A stretch of DNA of 64,000 bases from Vicinamibacterales bacterium (GTDB taxonomy: Bacteria; Acidobacteriota; Vicinamibacteria; Vicinamibacterales; CAVVIG01), in contig JBFXAT010000014.1 in assembly GCA_050183995.1 (NCBI GenBank), positions 7,382 through 71,381 on the forward strand. Reading direction: 5' to 3'. The position numbers and the translations under genes are program-made. Under the pieces are notes generated by a model, which did not search any database, was not told the DNA's origin, and saw only the letters and a program-made list of their open reading frames with translations. Positions 32,401-41,579 of the stretch are shown in pieces; position 1 is the stretch's first letter, and every line of letters begins with the position of its first letter.

Positions 32401-32490
32401 GGCTGCCACGAGTGAGCGTCGATCCGGAGGCGTTGAGGGAGCGTGCATGCTCGACAGATCGTGGGCTGCGTCAGGGCAGCTGTGGCACAC
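29425..32490 (-). CDS. TonB-dependent receptor fused to an N-terminal multi-TM domain
   Basis: About 190-aa hydrophobic N-part (WNWKSSLLS...), then signal-like IVLFVAAGLLLPETAAAQ, carboxypeptidase-regulatory domain, plug (LPGVV, AEYGRFTSGV) and barrel; start may be 32448. Confidence 0.8.
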   Translation of the reverse strand: MCHSCPDAAHDLSSMHAPSTPPDRRSLVAAGRYLLAHPVEIVLERWNWKSSLLSCVFRGLIFFTVNIVAGLDAAVAAMLTEMAYRAIVTGAFASLTQWFRLVEPAWLGALTVMILVPGLNQGLSFLVHWLSGTAELALSLLVSFAVSAVSAWFNFSIMRQGVFIVEPGSASLWRDLATFPSAVANLFRASPRSSIVLFVAAGLLLPETAAAQTRAALTGTIEGTVSAGVSASGSPRRADASDDADAPATRLPNLVVELVAEPTRVIATTVTDDDGAFIFREVPPGRYAIRAQATETGRVESVAVDVEAGGVTPVALTLALTEQVIVASPAVPADNASPAQAVSGRLTERLPVADDVRALLPLLPGVVRGADGRIQMKGGQPTQGDYQVSGASVTDPSTGDFAFALPSGAVESVQVLADPFAAEYGRFTSGVTEIVTRSGGSRWQVTPNSFIPRVALRRDGLWGVNLRSFTPRVVAAGPLVADRLFLAQSAHYRFINTPLTGLDGDPTIGLRSLDSYTRLDTATIGHHQATAALAIFPRTLEHAGLDAFHPYEVTTTVRQRGFNAGLVHRWARGTDAAVESMVNVKKYDASIAAGGNAPMVLTPEGTRGHFFNDQARNTDSVQGRTTFTRAVERNNGRGHLFKAGVDFMWSGYTGRSTSRAIEIRRGDGTLARRIGFGPASRQDVSGKDLALFAQDRWRTSKTLTLELGLRADRDGVTTRIGWSPRAGLAYTPGGTGRTVLRGGAGVFYQRTPLNVGAFTSYEPRTIERFGPDGVTPLPGATTFAHERDALRMPSSVVWNAGFDRQIRPWLVLRVNHLRRTTSHDYIVQQTTGAQGSALRLDSTGRARYWEQEVTLRYLHDQRHDLTVSYVRSRAMADANAFDLFFGNARAPIVLPNEFTLSSIDVPNRLLAWGTIGIGAKWDVLPVFEIRNGFPFSAVDEEQDLVGSRNRAGRFPVMASLDVAIQRGMRIRGHRMRVGLRIFNALNRGNYRDVQTNVDASTYGGLFNPAQRGFGATFWIDP

Positions 32491-34036
32491 GTCCCCTGAT
32501 GGTCTTGATCAACATCCGATCGTCGGCGTCCAGGCGGACGACCTTCCACATGCCGATGTATCCCGCCACGAAGATGACTGCTGACGCCAACGCGCCGATC
32601 GAGCCCGGCCATGCCTGGTGCACCACGATGCCAGGGACGAGCGCGAAGGCCATGGCGACGGCCGGGCGCCTGAGCGCCGGCACCGGCCACCACCAGTGCT
32701 CCAGCATCCGGATCTGGACGACGGTCATCACCGCGCGGACCACGGCCGCCATGAGCGCGGCGGCGGCGGCGCCCATCGGACCATGCCGCGGAATCAGCAC
32801 GAGGGATGCGCCGGCCTGCATCGAGACAGCGACCACGCCATTCAACAGGTTGAGTCCCGGCCGGCTGACAATCAAGCGGCTGTCGAGCGCGACGAGGATC
32901 CCGCGGGTGCCGGCCGCCAGGGCCAGCACTCCCAGCCACGAGCTGCCGGCCTCGAAGCCCGGTCCATACAGCGACAGAATCGCGCCGGCCCCGAGCATCA
33001 TGACGCAGACGGCCGGACCGATGAGCGCAAGCAGCCAGCGGCCCACCTGACCCGACTGCTGCCGGGCGCCGGCTTCGCCGGCCTGGCTCCGGGATCGGGC
33101 CGCGGCCGGGGTCAGCGCGAGATCGAAGACCTGGCGGAACTTCCTGAGTGTGGCCGCGACCTCCCACACCGCGCAATAGACGCCGAGTGCCGCAACCGTA
33201 ACGCCCGCGCTCCGGCCGACGAACACGCCCAGCAGCAGGACGTCGGCACGCATCGCCAGCACGTCGACGAAGTGAAAGGCGGCGATCGGCAGCGAGAACC
33301 GCGCCAGACCGTCGCCCGCCGTCGAGCGTCCAGGCGGGCCCGACGCGCGCTCCCGCTCGATCAGGCGCGAGGTCATGCGCCACGCGATCACGCCTCCGGT
33401 AATCGTTCCCAGCGTCAACGCCACCGCGGGGCTGAGCGGCCCAACGCCCAGCGCATAACCGGCCAACAGCCCGGCGACCATCACGGCCGTTCCGACGGTG
33501 CCCTGTGCGTACAGGTCGTGATGCACGACCTGAAGTCCACGCGCGACCTGGGCGCTCACGCGCCCCACCGCGAGCGCTGGCAAGGAGAGCGCCATGACGA
33601 TGAAGAGCGCCTCCAGGCCACCGGCACCGGGCAGTTGCCGCAGTTGTCCCGTCATGGCGGCCACGATCAGGCCTGCCGCGAGCAGGCTGCTCGCCGCTGC
33701 GGAGACGGCGAGCGCGAAGCGAAAGATGCGCCGCACGGCGCGCCCGTCGTGTTGGCCGTGCGCCTGGGCCGAACGGATCATGGCGCCGGAATCGAGCCCG
33801 AGCACGCCGATCTGACCCAGCAGGTCGATCCAGGTTGCCGCGAGAACGAAGGCGCCGAGCGCCGGGCCGCCGAACAGCCGTGCGGTCAGGACGCCGAACA
33901 GCGCACGTGCGCTCATCGCGGCGACGGTGAGCCCGTTCGCGCCGATGGCACGGACCAGCGCGATCTGCTCGGCGACGCTGTTCCGCGCAGGCGCCTGCGA
34001 CCGTCCGTCGCTCTCCCGATCGGCAGTGCCGTCCAT
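32471..34036 (-). CDS. Oligosaccharide flippase (Wzx/MOP superfamily)
   Basis: Many TM helices, ARLFGGPALG and LIPRHGPMGAAAA motifs. Confidence 0.8.
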   Translation of the reverse strand: MDGTADRESDGRSQAPARNSVAEQIALVRAIGANGLTVAAMSARALFGVLTARLFGGPALGAFVLAATWIDLLGQIGVLGLDSGAMIRSAQAHGQHDGRAVRRIFRFALAVSAAASSLLAAGLIVAAMTGQLRQLPGAGGLEALFIVMALSLPALAVGRVSAQVARGLQVVHHDLYAQGTVGTAVMVAGLLAGYALGVGPLSPAVALTLGTITGGVIAWRMTSRLIERERASGPPGRSTAGDGLARFSLPIAAFHFVDVLAMRADVLLLGVFVGRSAGVTVAALGVYCAVWEVAATLRKFRQVFDLALTPAAARSRSQAGEAGARQQSGQVGRWLLALIGPAVCVMMLGAGAILSLYGPGFEAGSSWLGVLALAAGTRGILVALDSRLIVSRPGLNLLNGVVAVSMQAGASLVLIPRHGPMGAAAAALMAAVVRAVMTVVQIRMLEHWWWPVPALRRPAVAMAFALVPGIVVHQAWPGSIGALASAVIFVAGYIGMWKVVRLDADDRMLIKTIRGRVPQLP

Positions 34037-34037
34037 C

Positions 34038-35270
34038 TCAGGTTGCGGCGGGCGCGGCGGTCGAGCCGCAGATGCCGTGCAGGATCTGTGCGACGCGCGC
34101 TGCCGTCCGCCGCGAATCGAAGCGCTCCGCGGCATCGTTCCTCGCCGCCGCTCCCATCGCGCGCCGGCGGTCGGCGCTGGATCCGAGGTCCACGAGCGCG
34201 TCTGCCAGCGCCGCGGGCGAGTTGGGCGTGACGAGTCTGCCGGTCACGCCGTCGCGCACGATCTCGGGAATGCCGCCGATGCGAGAGGCCACGACCGGCG
34301 TGCCCACGGCGAGCGCTTCGATCGCGGTTCGCGGACAGCTGTCGCGGCATACCGAAGGGACGACGACGAGGTCGCAGGCGGCGAGATACGACTCGACCGG
34401 CTCGACATAGCCTGACAGGTGGACGCGTGCCGCCAGCCCCATGGCTGCGGCCTGCGCACGAAGCCGGTCGATCTGGTCGGCGGCGGCGTAGCGCGCGCTC
34501 TCGCCCATGACGACCAGATGCAGCGCCGGCAGTTGACGCGCGGCGATCGCGAAGGCCGACATCAGCACGCCGATCCCCTTGTGCGCGGCGAGCCGACCGG
34601 CAAAGCCGACGACGACCGCAGTGGCGTCGGGGTCAGCGCCAATGCCGAGATCCCCGCGCGGCACCGGACTCATCGTCGCCGCATTGGCTGCGGACAGATC
34701 GACGCCGTTGAGAACGACGTGCACCGGAGAGCGCGATCCGCGGTATGCCCACGCAGCCGACTCGGACACGGCGATGATCGCGCGGACTCCGCCGAGACGG
34801 GCAAGCGTGCGCCCACCCCACCGCGTCCGCGCTGCTGAATGGTCGTTGCGGACGTGCCAGACGATCGGCGGTTCCGGGGAAACCATGCCCGCGCCGGCCG
34901 CGAGATAGCTGCTCCACGTGCCGTGGGCGTAGATGACCGAGGCGCCGACCCGCATGGCGATCTCGCGCAGCCGGACCACCGCTCGCGGTGCCTGGCCGAC
35001 GTTCCGGAGCAGCGCGCCCACGCCGCGGTCGTCCGGGGCGTGCCCTCTGAGTCCCGTTTCGATCAGCTCGGGCACGATGTCGTAGGAAAGGCCGGACGCA
35101 TCCAGACGCCGGCCGAGCCGGCCCTCCCGATGCAGCACGAGGTGCGGCCTGACGCCCCAGTGCCGCACGTCCCTGGCGAGCAGATATACCGAGCGCGCCA
35201 TGCCGCCGTCGTCTTCTGAAGCGACGACGAAGAGCGCGACGAGTTGCGTGGTCGAGCTGCCGGCCGTCAT
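34038..35270 (-). CDS. GT4 glycosyltransferase
   Basis: NGVD, GRLAAHKG and EALAVGTPVVASRIGGIPE motifs. Confidence 0.92.
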   Translation of the reverse strand: MTAGSSTTQLVALFVVASEDDGGMARSVYLLARDVRHWGVRPHLVLHREGRLGRRLDASGLSYDIVPELIETGLRGHAPDDRGVGALLRNVGQAPRAVVRLREIAMRVGASVIYAHGTWSSYLAAGAGMVSPEPPIVWHVRNDHSAARTRWGGRTLARLGGVRAIIAVSESAAWAYRGSRSPVHVVLNGVDLSAANAATMSPVPRGDLGIGADPDATAVVVGFAGRLAAHKGIGVLMSAFAIAARQLPALHLVVMGESARYAAADQIDRLRAQAAAMGLAARVHLSGYVEPVESYLAACDLVVVPSVCRDSCPRTAIEALAVGTPVVASRIGGIPEIVRDGVTGRLVTPNSPAALADALVDLGSSADRRRAMGAAARNDAAERFDSRRTAARVAQILHGICGSTAAPAAT

Positions 35271-35419
35271 TCACGCTATAGGCTAGTCGAGTCTCGGGGC
35301 CAGTCGAGCCTTGTCAGCGCCCGCGGGCTCGGTATGATGCCGCGAGACGTGTCGAGACGCCCGAATGCGAGGTGGCCCATCGTCCTGTCGTGGAGGCCGA
35401 GCGGCGCGCCGGTCGTGAG

Positions 35420-36682
35420 ATGAGCATCAAGACGTTTCACCTGACCAACGCGTATCACGATACGTCGGGCGGCGTCCGCACGTTCTACCAGAATCTGCTC
35501 GCCGCTGCCGAGCGGCGGCGGCAGCCCCTGCGGCTCCTGGTGCCGGGCTCGCGCACCGAGGTCGAAGACGTGGGGAGTTTCGGACGCATCTACCGCCTGC
35601 GCGCCCCGCGGATGCCGTTCTTCGACAGCCGGTATCGCGTCATTCTGCCGCACCGGTTCCTCTTCTCGTCGCGGGGAGCGATCTGGACGATCCTGAGGCG
35701 GGAGCAGCCTGACCTGATCGAGATCGCCGACAGGTATTCGCTCTGTTACATCTCCTCGCTGCTCCGAAGCGGACTGGTGCTGCTCGGCTCGGACGGGCAG
35801 TGGAGGCCGACGCTCGCTGGATCTGGCTGCGAACGCGTGGACGACAACGTGGCCGCGTTCCTGGGTCTCGGCGGTCTGGGGCAGCGCTTGTCCGCCCTCT
35901 ACATGCGGAGAATTCACGGCCGGCAGTTCGACTACTTTCTCGCCAACTCCGAGTACACCGCGGCCGAAGTTCGCAGTGCGCTGCCCGAACGTCATCAGCG
36001 TCGCGTTCACGTGCAGCCGCGCGGCGTCGACACGGACATGTTCACGCCATCGAAGGCGGGGAGCCACCGGAGTGCGCTGCACCGGCGGATCGGCGCGCCT
36101 GACGATGCGGTGCTCCTGCTCTATGTCGGGCGCCTGTCGCCCGAGAAGAACGTGCGGATGCTTCCAGCACTGCTGCGCGAGCTGCGGCGGCACTCGCCGC
36201 GATACCACCTCGTGCTGGCGGGGGAGGGGCCCCTCCGCCGCGAGCTCGAGGCGCTCGCCGGATCCGACTGTGGTCGGTACGTGCATTTCCTCGGACACGT
36301 TCGGGACCGCGAAGCGCTCGCGACCTTGTACGCGAGCTGCGACGTCTTCACGCACCCGAATCCGCGCGAGCCCTTCGGCATTGCGCCGCTCGAGGCCTGT
36401 GCCTCGGGGGCGGCCATCGTGGCGCCGCGGGCCGGCGGCATCCTGACGTTCCTCGACGATTCGAACGCATGGTTGACGCAGGCCGCGCCGGAGGCCTTCG
36501 CCGCCGCGATTGCGGAGCTCGAGTCGAACCCAGACGAGCGCTTCCGCCGCCAGCAGGCTGCGCGCCACACGGCACTCGCCTACAGGTGGGACGAGGTCAC
36601 CGATCGGTGGCTCGATCTCTACGAGCAGCTGCATCTCGAGCGTCTGGAGAAGCACCGGCGATCGATGGCCGCGTCCGTCTAG
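35420..36682 (+). CDS. GT4 glycosyltransferase (mannosyltransferase-like)
   Basis: SGGVRTFY, RGVD, GRLSPEKN and EPFGIAPLEA motifs. Confidence 0.9.
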   Translation: MSIKTFHLTNAYHDTSGGVRTFYQNLLAAAERRRQPLRLLVPGSRTEVEDVGSFGRIYRLRAPRMPFFDSRYRVILPHRFLFSSRGAIWTILRREQPDLIEIADRYSLCYISSLLRSGLVLLGSDGQWRPTLAGSGCERVDDNVAAFLGLGGLGQRLSALYMRRIHGRQFDYFLANSEYTAAEVRSALPERHQRRVHVQPRGVDTDMFTPSKAGSHRSALHRRIGAPDDAVLLLYVGRLSPEKNVRMLPALLRELRRHSPRYHLVLAGEGPLRRELEALAGSDCGRYVHFLGHVRDREALATLYASCDVFTHPNPREPFGIAPLEACASGAAIVAPRAGGILTFLDDSNAWLTQAAPEAFAAAIAELESNPDERFRRQQAARHTALAYRWDEVTDRWLDLYEQLHLERLEKHRRSMAASV

Positions 36683-37880
36683 AGCTCAGGCACGCCGCGT
36701 AGTTCTGGTACAGCGTGTCGAAGACGCGGTCCCACGACGCGTCTTCGGCGCGGCGGCGCGCCGAGAGGCGCATCACCGGGAGATTGGTCTCCGGGGCCAT
36801 CGCCTTCAGTACGCACTCGACGAAATGCCGATCGTCACGCGCGACGAAGCCGTCGACTCCGTCGGCGACGAGGAACCTGGGTCCGCCTTCGTTTGTGACG
36901 ATCGCGGGCACGCCAGAGGCGTGGGCCTCCTGCACCACGTTGCCGAACGTGTCGGAGTGGGAGGGGAAGACGAACAGATCGAGGTTCGCGTACGCCGACG
37001 CCAGCGCCAATCCTTCGAGGAGGCCCGGGAACTCGGCGTGTTGCATATGCGCCTCCAGCCACGGCCGCTCGGCGCCCTGGCCGACGATGACGAACGTGAA
37101 TCGCCGGTGCCCGGCATCCAGCAGCGCGCGCTCCACGGTCCGCAGCAGGCGTACGTTCTTCTCGGCGGAGAGCCGTCCGACAAATCCGATCCGGAACGTG
37201 CCATCGTCAGTCCGGGTGCGCCGGTGAGGGGAGAAGAGCTCGGTGTCCACGCCTCGGCCCATGATCCGTGTCGGCTTTCTGGTGCGCGCCGCGAGGAGCG
37301 AGGCGAGCTCCTCGTTCGGCGCGAGCACGAGGCGTGCAGTCCGGTAGAACGCGGCGAGCCCCGCCAGCGACGCGTCTTGAAGGCGCCGGCAGAGAGGTTG
37401 CCGTACACGCTCCGGCACTCGCGAGAGCACGCTCGCGAGGCGCAGACTGCCGAACTCGTGGATGTTCGTGTGCCACGAGGCCACCCTCGCGATGCCGAAT
37501 CGCTTCGCCGCGATGGCTCCCAGCACTCCACAGTGGCTCGGCGCCGTGTAGTGGACGACGTCTGGCCTGAACTCGGCCAGCTGGTCGCGGACGAGCCGGT
37601 AGTGGCGGAGGAACAGGGGATCGAAATACAGTCCGACGTCGAGCGGGATCGACAGCCGGCTGCATGCGAGCTGTGACAGCGCCGCGGTGCCGTCGACGAG
37701 GCGGCGCGTGTCGGGCCCGGCATGGAAGGTGACGATCGGGTAGCCTCTGCGCCGGGCGTACTCGTGCAGCTGCCGGCACGTGAGCGCGAGTCCGTTGACT
37801 TCCAGAAAGCTGTCGGCGAAGAGGGCGACCCTGGGCACGCCCTCGATCGCGCGCGCGGAGTGCGGCTGGCCGGCGCTCAC
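36597..37880 (-). CDS. GT4 glycosyltransferase (MgtA/PimB-like glycolipid synthase)
   Basis: ALFADSFLEVNG, GRGVD, GRLSAEKN and DTFGNVVQEA motifs; start estimated. Confidence 0.88.
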   Translation of the reverse strand: MSAGQPHSARAIEGVPRVALFADSFLEVNGLALTCRQLHEYARRRGYPIVTFHAGPDTRRLVDGTAALSQLACSRLSIPLDVGLYFDPLFLRHYRLVRDQLAEFRPDVVHYTAPSHCGVLGAIAAKRFGIARVASWHTNIHEFGSLRLASVLSRVPERVRQPLCRRLQDASLAGLAAFYRTARLVLAPNEELASLLAARTRKPTRIMGRGVDTELFSPHRRTRTDDGTFRIGFVGRLSAEKNVRLLRTVERALLDAGHRRFTFVIVGQGAERPWLEAHMQHAEFPGLLEGLALASAYANLDLFVFPSHSDTFGNVVQEAHASGVPAIVTNEGGPRFLVADGVDGFVARDDRHFVECVLKAMAPETNLPVMRLSARRRAEDASWDRVFDTLYQNYAACLSSRRTRPSIAGASPDARDAAARRDRATDR

Positions 37881-37933
37881 GGGCTGACTATAATGGAACT
37901 CCCGCACGGCCTTGCGCAGTGCGCGCAACCAGC

Positions 37934-39055
37934 ATGAACGGTGGAATCGTTTACAAGGTCCCCGGGCGTCCGCTGGCCCAGCGCTTTCGCACTGGCGTCT
38001 CGCTGCACGGGCATACGCTGCACTCCCGCGAGCGCATCTGGTTCCTCCAGGCGCTGTCGAAGCGCTCCGTCGCGCTTCGGTGGCTGATCCACAGCCACTA
38101 CCGCTCCCGATCCGACAGCGTGACGCTGGCGGAGGAGTTCTCCCGCATCTGGTGGACGCCGCCGCTGTCACCGTTCCAGGCCGCCGAGGTCGAGACGGCA
38201 CAGATCGAGCGGGAGCTCGAGATGAAGGCGCTGGTCTCGCTGACGGACCACGACGACATCGAGGGCCCGTTGGAGGTGCAGCGGACTCTTCCCGAGTTCC
38301 CCATCTCGATCGAGTGGAGCGTGCGGCACGAATCGACGACGCTGCACCTCGGCGTCCACAACCTGCCGCCGGCATCCGCCCGACCGCTGGCGGAGCGGAT
38401 GATCGCGTGCGGGCAGGAGCCCGGCGCGGCCGGCGTCGACGAGCTGCTTCAGGAACTGGCCGAGCAGCCTGGGGTGCTCGTCGTGCTCAATCATCCCTTC
38501 TGGGACCTTCCCGGGATCGGCGCGGAGAATCACGAGCGCTGCGTGACGCGGTTCATCACCCGGCATGGGCAACGCGTGCATGCCCTGGAGATCAACGGCA
38601 TTCGGCCGTACCAGGAGAACCGATCCGTGCTGGCGCTCAGCCGCGCAACGGGGCTGCCGATCGTCTCCGGCGGCGACCGCCACGGCGTCGAGCCGAGCGC
38701 CGTGCTGAACGTGACCGACGCGTCGACGTTCGCGGAGTTCGCAGAAGAAGTCCGCGACCGCCACAGCCAGCTCGTCGTCATGCCGCAGTACGGTGAACCG
38801 CACATGCGCCGCGTTCTCCAGACGATGAGTCAGTGCCTCGCGCAGTACCCGGAGCATCCGCTCGGGTGGGTGCAGTGGAGCGACCGGTTCTTTCGCCTGC
38901 GGCAGAACGGTATGCCCAGGAGCTTCACCGAGATGTTCGATCGCAAGGGGCAGCCGCTGGCGATGCGGCTCTTCGTGGCCGGCGTGAAGGTGAGCCATCG
39001 CGCCGCCGGCCTGGGATCCACGCCGGGACGCAGAAGAGCGACGGAGCTCCTGTAA
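37934..39055 (+). CDS. PHP-domain metal-dependent phosphoesterase-like protein
   Basis: SLHGHT, LTDHD, EWS, LNHP and SGGDRH motifs. Confidence 0.75.
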   Translation: MNGGIVYKVPGRPLAQRFRTGVSLHGHTLHSRERIWFLQALSKRSVALRWLIHSHYRSRSDSVTLAEEFSRIWWTPPLSPFQAAEVETAQIERELEMKALVSLTDHDDIEGPLEVQRTLPEFPISIEWSVRHESTTLHLGVHNLPPASARPLAERMIACGQEPGAAGVDELLQELAEQPGVLVVLNHPFWDLPGIGAENHERCVTRFITRHGQRVHALEINGIRPYQENRSVLALSRATGLPIVSGGDRHGVEPSAVLNVTDASTFAEFAEEVRDRHSQLVVMPQYGEPHMRRVLQTMSQCLAQYPEHPLGWVQWSDRFFRLRQNGMPRSFTEMFDRKGQPLAMRLFVAGVKVSHRAAGLGSTPGRRRATELL

Positions 39056-39059
39056 CCGC

Positions 39060-39093
39060 GCGAAGGGGCCCTCGACGCCGAGAGCCCCTTCGC
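39060..39093. terminator. Bidirectional hairpin between convergent genes
   Basis: GCGAAGGGGC...GCCCCTTCGC 10-bp stem between stops at 39055 and 39099. Confidence 0.6.
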
Positions 39094-39098
39094 CGTGC

Positions 39099-41570
39099 TC
39101 AGCGGGCTGCCGTCGGGGCAGAACCTGCTGCTGTTCCGGATCCCGCCAGCGGTGGAAATTGTGGCGGCGAGACGCGGCGGCGTGACGCGTTCTGGTACGC
39201 CGACGCGGCCTTGAGAATCACGTCCTCCTTGCCAGGCTCGGCGCGGAAGACGAGTGAGAACGGAAGCCCGGGATCGGGTACGGGCGTGGCCACGGTGTTG
39301 TCGACGCCCACGTACGACTTCTTGTCCGGCGCGAGAGCGAACTTGGCGTCGTAGACCTCCTTGACGTAGCCGGCGGGGATCAGGACCTCGGTGAGGCCGG
39401 CATTCGGTCCGTAGGCGGATTCATTGCCCACCGTGCCGGGCTGATTGGCGCCGCCAATCTTCGCGGGCGGCAGGGGCGTGTGCAGCCGAACGAGCAGGTC
39501 GAGGTGGTTCTCGTAGATCACCAGCATGTCGACGCGGCGCAGCAGCTCGCGGAGCATGATGCGCTCGTTGATTCCCTGGCGTCCCGTCAACGGGTTGCGG
39601 ATGTCGGTGATGTCTTCCCAGTTCTTGAACGCCGCCCGCTGGTCGTCTCCCCAGAACTTCGATCGCGCGTTGAGAGCCGGGAAGTCGACGGTCGTCTCCG
39701 TGAAGCCGAGCTTCTTCCAGTCGGCGGCGCGGCGGGTCATGTACTGCACCATGTGATAGCGGAACGCGTTCGATTCCTGCTGCTGCTGCACCGTGCGGAT
39801 GTTGAAGTTCGATGGCGGCTTCACCGTGCCGTCGGCGAGCGCGACGAGATAGTCGATCGCCTCCATGGTGCCGGTGCCGAACTTCTTTCCCGGCTCGAAC
39901 TCGGTCGGCTTGATCGCCGCCGCCACGTCGGGGAAGAGCGGCGTGCCGGCGCGATCGACCCTGAACAGGATGTCTGGCATGAACACGGGCACCAGCTTCG
40001 CCAGCGCGGTCGTGAACGGTGTCGTCATATCCTCGACGTCCGGGTCGTTCTTGAAGAGCGGATCGACCGACTCGACCAGCGTCGCGCCCAGCTTGTGGCC
40101 GAGGATGGTCTTGATCTCCGCGGCTGCCGCCTGGACGATCGGCTCGGTCGCCTTGATGCCGGGGTTCGACACCATCGACTCGCGGACGATGCCGATGCGC
40201 ATCCCGCGCAGCGACCCCGGCGTGCCGGGCATGCCCGCGGTATCGGCGTAGGGGTGATTCAGCACCGACGAACGCGGTACGGTGCTGAAGGGTTCGCGCG
40301 GGTCGTAGTAGTAGCCGGTCTTCGTGTCGCGCAGGGCGTCGAGCACCTTGGCCGAGTCGAGCACGTTGCGGCAGTGAATGCCCGTCCGGTCGTTGTAGAT
40401 GTCGGATCCGATCGCGCCGCCGTCGAACCCGATCATCTTGTTGTGCGGCAGGATGAGGGCGACCGAGTTGTGGTTCGCCGGTCCGCGGCAGGACGCGCGC
40501 GTCTCCTCGCACAGGCTGCACATGACGAGGTTGGCGCTGACGCCGACGGCGGAACCCGAGCTCGATCCGAGCGAGCCGGCTCGGGTCGTGTCGTACACGT
40601 TCGACGGGTTGCCGCCCCAGGTGCTGCGCTGGTATCCGAGGTTGGAGTGGAGCACCTTGGTCGGTTCGTGGCGGCCGCCTGGATTCCCTGCGCGGCCGTT
40701 GTATTCGGTGAGCACCGCCTTGGCGTAGATGATGGCGCCCTTCATCCGCAGCTGCTCGACGAGCTGATGGTCGCGCGCCGGGAAGTCGATGTCGTAGCGC
40801 GCGTCGGCGCCGCCCGTGGACCGCATGTCCTTCGTGTCGAACGGATCCTTGAACGAGAACGGCACGCAGTACATCGGCATCGCGGCCAGATCGGGCGCCC
40901 GTCCGTACTGCGCGTCGAGCTCGGCCGCGCGTTCGATCGCGTCAGGCTGCTTGCGGAACTCCTGGCACACCGCCGGGGCGTTCGCGGGAAGCGCGCCGGC
41001 GCTCGGGGCCTTGTCGAAGTCGCCCTTGCAGGTCACCGAGCGTTCGCCGCGAATGTTGATCGTCGCGAGCGCGTTCGCCTGGCCGGCGTCCGGCAGGCCC
41101 ACGATCATGCCGTACTGCTGCTGTACGGTCGGATCCGACGCCGTCGCCTCCATGCGGCCGAACTCGAGCGGCGGACCGGCGTACTGATCGAGATTCGGCA
41201 GGATCGTCGACGCCTTCACGGTCTGCGTCGGGAACTTGAGGGGTGAACCCCCGCGAACCGTGCCGTACGCCTGCGGGACGGGTGTGCCGTCGGCGGTCAA
41301 CAGCACGCTCGGAACCCCGTTGTACGCCTTGGCGCGCGCGACGTACTGCTGGACGATGGCCGTGCAGGTCGTCTGCCCCTGGCGAATCGCATTCTGCAGC
41401 TCGTCGATCGTCGCCTCCTCGACGTGGAAGGGTGGCGCCTGCGCGTGCACCTGCGGCATCAGTCCCGGACCAGCCTGCGTGGCCAGCCCGGCGAGCACGG
41501 CGGCGCCTCCCGCGAGCGAAATGCCGAATGCCGTCAGCATGCGGCGTGTCGTGCCTCTTGTCATGGTCAT
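39099..41570 (-). CDS. Secreted amidase-signature family enzyme
   Basis: TTRRML...VHA-Q signal, FKDPFD (Lys), GSSSGSAVGV and EETRASCRGPA (Ser) motifs. Confidence 0.85.
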   Translation of the reverse strand: MTMTRGTTRRMLTAFGISLAGGAAVLAGLATQAGPGLMPQVHAQAPPFHVEEATIDELQNAIRQGQTTCTAIVQQYVARAKAYNGVPSVLLTADGTPVPQAYGTVRGGSPLKFPTQTVKASTILPNLDQYAGPPLEFGRMEATASDPTVQQQYGMIVGLPDAGQANALATINIRGERSVTCKGDFDKAPSAGALPANAPAVCQEFRKQPDAIERAAELDAQYGRAPDLAAMPMYCVPFSFKDPFDTKDMRSTGGADARYDIDFPARDHQLVEQLRMKGAIIYAKAVLTEYNGRAGNPGGRHEPTKVLHSNLGYQRSTWGGNPSNVYDTTRAGSLGSSSGSAVGVSANLVMCSLCEETRASCRGPANHNSVALILPHNKMIGFDGGAIGSDIYNDRTGIHCRNVLDSAKVLDALRDTKTGYYYDPREPFSTVPRSSVLNHPYADTAGMPGTPGSLRGMRIGIVRESMVSNPGIKATEPIVQAAAAEIKTILGHKLGATLVESVDPLFKNDPDVEDMTTPFTTALAKLVPVFMPDILFRVDRAGTPLFPDVAAAIKPTEFEPGKKFGTGTMEAIDYLVALADGTVKPPSNFNIRTVQQQQESNAFRYHMVQYMTRRAADWKKLGFTETTVDFPALNARSKFWGDDQRAAFKNWEDITDIRNPLTGRQGINERIMLRELLRRVDMLVIYENHLDLLVRLHTPLPPAKIGGANQPGTVGNESAYGPNAGLTEVLIPAGYVKEVYDAKFALAPDKKSYVGVDNTVATPVPDPGLPFSLVFRAEPGKEDVILKAASAYQNASRRRVSPPQFPPLAGSGTAAGSAPTAAR

Positions 41571-41579
41571 CTGATCTCC

